Positions 58,290 to 64,000 of a stretch of 64,000 nt of DNA are shown in pieces (the stretch's first letter is position 1; each line of letters starts with the position of its first letter). The stretch covers positions 1,426 through 65,425 of the forward strand of contig JBLHVT010000005.1 in assembly GCA_047628735.1 (NCBI GenBank). Direction: 5' to 3'. The DNA comes from Glaciecola sp. GTDB lineage: Bacteria; Pseudomonadota; Gammaproteobacteria; Pseudomonadales; Pseudohongiellaceae. The notes below the pieces were generated by a model, which worked only from the letters and a program-made list of their open reading frames with translations, was not told the DNA's origin and did no database searches. Position numbers and translations under genes: made by a program.

Positions 58290-61229
58290 ATGGAAATAAT
58301 TATGTCACGTTTAACATTTAAGTCTCTGATAAGTTTGGTCTTATTGGTATTTTCAGCAAGTATTTTTGGTCAGGTTCACAAAACCGACCAAATTGAAGTC
58401 GAGCTGGTTTCAGAGACTACGAATGTAGTGCCTGGCGAAACTTTGTGGCTGGCAATCCGATTAGACCCAATTGATCACTGGCATACCTACTGGAAATTTG
58501 GTGGCGATAGCGGACAAGCTACCGAGGCCAGTAAATGGGAGCTTCCAAGCGGAGCCATTGTAGGCGACATAGTTTGGCCAACTCCCGAATGGACGCCGTT
58601 CTTAGGTAGTGAGCTGGTAACGTTCACCTATGAGCGTGAAGTTTTACTCCCCATTCCTATAGAGATACCCGCCGACTTTACTGGTTCAACTTTCAATTTT
58701 AGTACTCAGATTGACTGGCAGGTATGCGAAGAAATATGCATTCCCGGTGATGCGACTTTTTTCCTCTCGCTGCCTGTGGGATCCATTGCTGAAATAGACA
58801 GTGCTTTGGTTGCTGATTTTGCAGATACGCGAGCGATGACCCCAGTGCCGCTTGGTGCTCACAACTTGAAGGCGAACTTTAACGCCTTAGGCGGCAACAT
58901 AAATGTCATGGTCGAAACGGCTGATGGGCTTTTCGACAATGCTGACCAAGCATGGTTTTTCCCTACCCAGCGCCGTGTTATGAAATATGCGCCAATGCGC
59001 GATGTCATGCTCGATGGCAATAGGATTCAAATCTCCACAGAGCAGCATAGAAGATTCCCTCAGGAGCTTGCCCAGCTTGAAGGTCTGCTTTCAATTATTG
59101 ACGATGACGGTAACTGGACCGCCTACGATATCTTGCCGCAGCGCTCTAGCGTTGCTTGGGATCACAGCATCGAAGTGGAGATGATTGCTGAGACGACAAA
59201 CATTGTCCCTGGGGAAACCACGACAGTGGGTATCCGTCTTGATCCGGCCGATCATTGGCATACTTATTGGCGCATGGGAGGCGACAGCGGCGAGCCGACT
59301 AGTGTAAGCGAATGGGTTGCTCCTGAGGGCACGGTGATCGGCGACATTCAATGGCCTGCACCGCACTGGTTACCGTTTTATGATACCGACCTTGTTAATT
59401 TCGGTTACGAAGCCCCAGTGCTTCTGCCGATTGAGATCACACTTCCGGCTGACTTTGATGGCGACACGGTAGAGTTAAGCACGTTGGCATTTTGGAACGT
59501 GTGCGACCAAATTTGTATTCCAGGAGAGCAGCGCTTAAGTGTGACCTTACCGGTTGGTGAAGTCGCTGAGCTTGATGCTGGAAACCAGCAAGCTTTTGCT
59601 GATGCGCGTGCAGAATTGCCTGAAACAGACCATTCTATAAATTCAATTATTGCAATTGCCGGTGATCGAGTGAGCTTAGGTTTCGAGACATCCGACTTAA
59701 TCTTCGCAAATTATACCGATGCTCATTTCTTTCCCGAGCAGCGTCGGGTTATCAAGCCTGGACCGCGCAGGGATGTAAGTATTCAGCCTAATTTGCTGCA
59801 GATCACGCATCAGCAACCTCGACGAATGCTTGAAAATCCAGAGCTTTTTGGTGTGCTTGTGCTTGAGGACGAAGCAGGCAATAGAGCATCGTTTGAATTT
59901 AAAGACCCTGCGGCAAATGCCAATTCCACCACGATTATGCCGTTTGCGGCAGCGATCAATGGCGCTGGGAGCGGAGACGGATCTGGCACGACAGGCTTGT
60001 TAGGCTATATGCTTTTCGCCATGTTGGGAGGCTTGATCCTCAATTTGATGCCCTGTGTATTCCCGGTTCTTTCATTAAAAGCGATGAGTTTTGCTAACAG
60101 CGCTGGCGAGAGCCGCAGCCACATCCGCAAGGATGGCTTGGTTTACACCGCAGGTGTTGTGCTCGCGTTTGTTGCTTTGGCGTCTGTGCTTATCGCCCTT
60201 CGAGCCGGTGGCGAAAGAATTGGCTGGGGCTTTCAACTTCAGCAGCCGTGGTTTTTAGCTTTCATCGTTTACCTATTCTTCATGATGGCCCTGAGCATGT
60301 CTGGGGTGTTTGAAATTGGCACTAATATGATGGGCGCCGGTGGCGACCTGGCGCAAAGTAAGGGCTATAAGGGCTCTTTCTTTACCGGTGTTTTTGCGAC
60401 AATTGTGGCGACACCGTGCACGGCGCCATTTATGGGGCCTGCTTTAGGATTTGCGCTATCTCAGCCTTGGCTGTCGGCGATGCTGGTATTCGTTTCTCTT
60501 GGTGTGGGGATGGCATTGCCTATATTAGTGCTTTCATTTGTTCCTGCGTTCGCCAATATGATGCCGCGCCCGGGTGCTTGGATGGTGACATTTAAAGAAC
60601 TTATGGCATTTCCTCTGTACGCCGCCGCAATTTACTTTTTGTTTGCCCTCGGCATGCAAGTAGGAGTTATAGGCATGTCTGTTGTGTTGATCGCGTGCGT
60701 GATCATGGCATTTGGGGCTTGGTTATATCAAAAGCGCTTTACAGTCGGGCCACTGTGGCGAATCGCCAACTCAGGTATTGCGATGGCATGTTTTGTTTTT
60801 GCCATTTACATAATGCAGTCCTCTTACATGCAGCCGGTAGCAGCGGGTCCGCTTAGTATCGATGCAGACGGGCAGGTTGCAGGTGAAAACTATGAGGTGT
60901 TTAGTGCTGCGCGCTTGGCTGAGTTGCAGGCGCAGGGAAAGCCGGTGTTCATCAATATGACTGCGGCTTGGTGCATTACCTGCCTTGCCAATGAGCAGAC
61001 AACCTTGAGCACAGACACAGTTAAAGAGTCGCTGAGTGCAAATAATATCACTTATTTGAAAGGTGATTGGACCAATGAAGACCCTGAAATTACAGAAATG
61101 CTGGAGCACTTTAAGCGTCCTTCCGTGCCTCTTTATGTTCTGTATTCAGGCGATCCAAATGCAGAGCCTGTGATTCTGCCACAGATTCTCACTCCAGGAA
61201 TCGTCTCGAGCGCATTCGGTAGTATCTAA
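58290..61229 (+). CDS. ScsB/DsbD-family transmembrane protein-disulfide reductase with a tandemly duplicated N-terminal periplasmic domain
   Basis: It has a signal peptide. Two repeats of about 259 aa each carry DHWHTYW..GGDSG..T....W..P.G...GDI.WP.P.W.PF and W.VC..ICIPG. The central TM domain carries LNLMPCVFPVLSLK and ATPCTAPFMG. The C-terminal thioredoxin fold has AAWCITC. Confidence 0.9.
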   Translation: MEIIMSRLTFKSLISLVLLVFSASIFGQVHKTDQIEVELVSETTNVVPGETLWLAIRLDPIDHWHTYWKFGGDSGQATEASKWELPSGAIVGDIVWPTPEWTPFLGSELVTFTYEREVLLPIPIEIPADFTGSTFNFSTQIDWQVCEEICIPGDATFFLSLPVGSIAEIDSALVADFADTRAMTPVPLGAHNLKANFNALGGNINVMVETADGLFDNADQAWFFPTQRRVMKYAPMRDVMLDGNRIQISTEQHRRFPQELAQLEGLLSIIDDDGNWTAYDILPQRSSVAWDHSIEVEMIAETTNIVPGETTTVGIRLDPADHWHTYWRMGGDSGEPTSVSEWVAPEGTVIGDIQWPAPHWLPFYDTDLVNFGYEAPVLLPIEITLPADFDGDTVELSTLAFWNVCDQICIPGEQRLSVTLPVGEVAELDAGNQQAFADARAELPETDHSINSIIAIAGDRVSLGFETSDLIFANYTDAHFFPEQRRVIKPGPRRDVSIQPNLLQITHQQPRRMLENPELFGVLVLEDEAGNRASFEFKDPAANANSTTIMPFAAAINGAGSGDGSGTTGLLGYMLFAMLGGLILNLMPCVFPVLSLKAMSFANSAGESRSHIRKDGLVYTAGVVLAFVALASVLIALRAGGERIGWGFQLQQPWFLAFIVYLFFMMALSMSGVFEIGTNMMGAGGDLAQSKGYKGSFFTGVFATIVATPCTAPFMGPALGFALSQPWLSAMLVFVSLGVGMALPILVLSFVPAFANMMPRPGAWMVTFKELMAFPLYAAAIYFLFALGMQVGVIGMSVVLIACVIMAFGAWLYQKRFTVGPLWRIANSGIAMACFVFAIYIMQSSYMQPVAAGPLSIDADGQVAGENYEVFSAARLAELQAQGKPVFINMTAAWCITCLANEQTTLSTDTVKESLSANNITYLKGDWTNEDPEITEMLEHFKRPSVPLYVLYSGDPNAEPVILPQILTPGIVSSAFGSI

Positions 61230-61309
61230 TGACAGCCGCCTTAGCTAATTTTTTTCGTGATAATGAGTTAGTTAAGGTACTTGTTCTTTTGGGCTGAGTC
61301 GAACTGCTA

Positions 61310-62356
61310 GTGAAAAATTTGTTATTTCCTGTTTTATGTTCTTTTTTTCTGCTGATAACCCTCAGCGGATTTAACCGGGTTGTTCACGCCGCTGAAGAAA
61401 GCCTTTTAACTAATTTTGAACTCGCCAGAAAAACCGCATCAACTCTACCCAGGCTCAACAGTTTCTTAATAAGTCACCGTGGTGAACTGGTTGTCGAAGA
61501 TTATTTCAATGGCTGGCAGGCACGCCGTCCTGCCAATATGAAGTCAGCTTCAAAAAGTGTCATCTCTGCATTAATCGGTATCGCTATCGCCGAGGGATAT
61601 ATTGAGTCAGTTGACGTTCCGATAGCTGAGTTTTTCCCGGACTATCTCTCGCCTGCGTTCACGCCAGAAAAACTGGATATCACCATTGAGGACCTGCTAA
61701 CTATGCAGTCAGGGTTGGAAACAACCAGTAATCGCAACTATGGAAAATGGGTGTTAAGCGAGAATTGGATTGAGTTCGCCCTGAATCAACCACTTGTAGC
61801 ACAGCCAGGTGAAGCGATGCTCTACAGCACCGGCAGCAGTCATCTATTGTCTGCGATACTAACCAAGGCGACAGGAATAGATTCCAAAAGCTTCGCACAG
61901 CAGTATCTGGCATCTCCCTTGGGATTTTCAATGTCATACTGGTCTCAAGACCCGCAGGGGATTTACTTTGGTGGTAATAATTTGGAAATGACTGCCCAGC
62001 AGATGCTGGCGTTTGGCGAGTTATATTTAAATAACGGGCAAGCCGCAGGCAATCAAATTATTCCACGGCAATGGATAGAGTCTTCTTATCAGCCTCATGC
62101 GGAATCGCCAAGAGGTCAGGGTCGTTATTATGGCTATGGTTGGTGGCTGCGTGATTTGGCCGGCTTACAAGTGCCAGTGGCTTGGGGTTATGGAGGACAG
62201 TTGATCTTCGTTATTAAGGAGCTCGATCTTGTGGTGGTAGCAACTTCTGACAGTAGGCCGAGCGCAGGCCGGCGAGAGCATTTAAGGCAGCTGTATAACA
62301 TGGTTGAGCAGCTAATTGCCGAGTTACTGGAAAGTGGCCGAAGCGCATCAAACTAG
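61310..62356 (+). CDS. Secreted serine hydrolase of the beta-lactamase fold
   Basis: It has a signal peptide, the SxxK motif in MKSASKSV, the YSTGSSHLL (Y-x-N-like) region and GYGGQ near the C-terminus. The start is GTG. Confidence 0.8.
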   Translation: MKNLLFPVLCSFFLLITLSGFNRVVHAAEESLLTNFELARKTASTLPRLNSFLISHRGELVVEDYFNGWQARRPANMKSASKSVISALIGIAIAEGYIESVDVPIAEFFPDYLSPAFTPEKLDITIEDLLTMQSGLETTSNRNYGKWVLSENWIEFALNQPLVAQPGEAMLYSTGSSHLLSAILTKATGIDSKSFAQQYLASPLGFSMSYWSQDPQGIYFGGNNLEMTAQQMLAFGELYLNNGQAAGNQIIPRQWIESSYQPHAESPRGQGRYYGYGWWLRDLAGLQVPVAWGYGGQLIFVIKELDLVVVATSDSRPSAGRREHLRQLYNMVEQLIAELLESGRSASN

Positions 62357-62421
62357 ATGTTTGCTTGAACAGCAAGCATATCTGCAGCAAGAAAAAAATG
62401 TGGGCACGAACATTGAAAAGG

Positions 62422-62667
62422 CTACAGGTCTGTAAGGTAAGTTCTAATAGCCGCCCGTGTTAATAGAAAGCCAGATAGCACATTGCCTTCTTGCACTAAG
62501 GCTGGAAACATTTTCACACCATCTGATTTCATCGCCTCTGTATTATTTATAATCTCCACAGCGTTTATCTCAATATCAGGAAATTCTTTTTTTAGATTCT
62601 TAAGGTGTAAGCGAGCTAATGCGCAGCGCGGACAGATTATTGAGTGATAAAATGTAATCGATTTCAT
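62422..62667 (-). CDS. Small thioredoxin-fold / glutaredoxin-like protein with a CPRC motif
   Basis: The 81-aa protein starts MKSITFYHSIICPRCALAR, a beta-strand followed by CxxC at the start of a helix. MFPALV supplies the cis-Pro region. Confidence 0.65.
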   Translation of the reverse strand: MKSITFYHSIICPRCALARLHLKNLKKEFPDIEINAVEIINNTEAMKSDGVKMFPALVQEGNVLSGFLLTRAAIRTYLTDL

Positions 62668-62858
62668 TTGTCTATTTGCTTCGCTCTATTTTGTTATTTA
62701 TTAAGGTCTCTAACGTTTAGTCTAATCTTTGGTAAGGCCAAGCGTGATGAACCAACAATTAGACAGTGCAATAGATCGGCATCAGTTGTCAAACAAACTG
62801 TGAAAGCAGGGTGTGGTGTTTTGACAGCTGATGGTTAGCTGGGCTGCGATATTGTGGA

Positions 62859-63517
62859 CTAACCTGCCAGATAGTACTCGGTCTTTAGGTGATTGACGTC
62901 AATCACATCGGGGTTGTGACGCTTCACAGCACGCGAGCCTAGGTGCTGGCCGTTGATCCTGGGCGCGCTTTTCTTGGCGGATTGGTCAAGGCACACGATA
63001 AAGTGACCGTCTGGTCGCTTATTAATTTGGACAATTTCGCTACCTGCTTTGCTAAGTTTCGCTGAGTCTTCTACCAGCATAAGTTCTTGGCCAGCACTTT
63101 TACCGTTAGTATTTGTAAAAACGCGTCATCAAGCCGTGGCGGCATGTCGATTTTAGGCTCAACTCATGGCATTGTTTCTGGTTTGCGGCGAATCAGAACT
63201 GCTTTTTCAGCGTCCTCGCCCAATGAAGTAGTGTCATTAACACAGCGAAGTTCATGTTTGCCTATGATGATTACATCGCCATTGCGAGGGGCATTTTTCG
63301 ATGGTCCTACCGTTGACATAGGCGCCATAGGTAGTGCTTAAATCTTCAAGCAAGGAATCTTCAAAATGGTTAGCCGCTTTGCATAATGGCCACTTACCGA
63401 AAGGTTCTCAATACGAATATCATTGTCTTCCCGTCACCTGATAGCCATCACTTCTTTATCGAGAGGGAAATTGCCTAGCTTGCTTGAGTTGAAATTAAAT
63501 TCTAATTTATCAGCCAC
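62859..63517 (-). pseudogene. FHA-domain protein pseudogene, downstream of the PP2C phosphatase gene
   Basis: The minus-strand pieces are:
- (GTG)ADKLEFNFNSSKLGNFPLDKEVMAIR*REDNDIRIENLSVSGHYAK
- frame shift to ANHFEDSLLEDLSTTYGAYVNGRTIEKC
- shift back to PRNGDVIIIGKHELRCVNDTTS...KPETMP*
- VEPKIDMPPRLDDAFLQIL, then a shift to GKSAGQELMLVEDSAKLSKAGSEIVQINKRPDGHFIV...NGQHLG...DVIDVNHLKTEYYL*
The FHA signature (G....D..I....VS..HA.......L.DL.S.NG..VNG........L..GD.I.IG) is intact only when the frames are spliced. Confidence 0.8.
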
Positions 63518-63579
63518 GGCTGTATTGCGCTTTATTTTAACTAAATACCTTTAAGCGCTTTATCAAATGAGTCAAAGCC

Positions 63580-64000
63580 TTAAACTTGCTGGACTTGCAT
63601 CAAAATTACAGAAATATTGTCTTTGCCACCATTTCGATTGGCCAACATGATCAGCTTCTTAGCCGTCTTGTTTATATCCTTTTGATGATCAGCCAACGTT
63701 TCTTCTATTTGCCAGTCAGCGACCATGTCCGAGAGGCCGTCAGAGCAAAGCAAAAGAATGTCATTAGGCTGCGCATCGTGTTCGACAGTATCGACTTCAA
63801 CCTCCGCCTTGGTACCTAAAGAACGTGTGACAATATGTCCGACACTTGCCGATTTAGCTTCTTCTTCGGTATAGAAACCCTTATCTATTAAATCCTGCAC
63901 CAAGCTGTGATCGCGTGTAATTCGGCGCAGGGCACGGCCACGAAACAGATAGAGTCTCGAATCTCCAACGTGGCCCGCATAGATTTTGGAATCTCTAATG
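63580..64000 (-). CDS. PP2C-family serine/threonine protein phosphatase (N-terminus lies beyond the window edge)
   Basis: The frame is open to nt 63999: ..IYAGHVGDSRLYLFRGRALRRITRDHSLVQDLIDKG...SLG...LLLCSDGLSDMV...NGGKDNISVILM. These are PP2C motifs 5-11. Confidence 0.9.
   Translation of the reverse strand, partial: IRDSKIYAGHVGDSRLYLFRGRALRRITRDHSLVQDLIDKGFYTEEEAKSASVGHIVTRSLGTKAEVEVDTVEHDAQPNDILLLCSDGLSDMVADWQIEETLADHQKDINKTAKKLIMLANRNGGKDNISVILMQVQQV

Noticed and set aside
63087-63341. An 84-aa plus-strand ORF.
   Set aside because: It is antisense to the FHA-domain pseudogene, whose minus-strand frames carry the family signature.
1-64000. A search by eye for CRISPR arrays, rRNA or tRNA genes, transposases, integrases, phage genes or att-like direct repeats flanking the biosynthetic island.
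   Set aside because: I recognised none. The visible right border of the island is just a hairpin followed by ordinary genes. The left border is outside the window, so I make no claim about mobility.

Overview
This looks like a gammaproteobacterial chromosomal segment, judged from core synteny: tadA, purL, pspF/pspABC, oxyR, ffh-rpsP-rimM-trmD-rplS and dsbC-hom-thrC-recJ. The accessory part is nt 2-23668, the 3' portion of a hybrid PKS-NRPS operon cut by the window edge. Its five tightly coupled ORFs read ...KR(MT)-ACP | dock-C-A-T-C-A-T-C-A-T-E | C-A-T-C | A(MT)-T-TE | diaminobutyrate-2-oxoglutarate transaminase. Unusual points in this operon are:
- a ketoreductase split by a methyltransferase insertion
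- an adenylation domain interrupted between core motifs A2 and A3
- a terminal module split across two proteins
- in-frame tandem repeats inside two A domains
- a Dab-supplying enzyme with no obvious Dab-type A-domain pocket in view
A perfect 17-bp hairpin marks the right edge of the operon. The rest of the window is mostly housekeeping and envelope or redox genes. These include a phage-shock locus with a clear sigma-54 promoter, an Sfp-type PPTase, a 979-aa ScsB/DsbD-family reductase with a duplicated N-terminal domain, and two beta-lactamase-fold hydrolases. Two loci are visibly decayed. One is a rubrerythrin / Fe-S protein / DUF3501 operon divergent from oxyR. The other is an FHA-domain gene downstream of a PP2C phosphatase. 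I recognised no rRNA, tRNA, CRISPR array, transposase or integrase. All calls come from reading the translations and sequence by eye, with no database searches.
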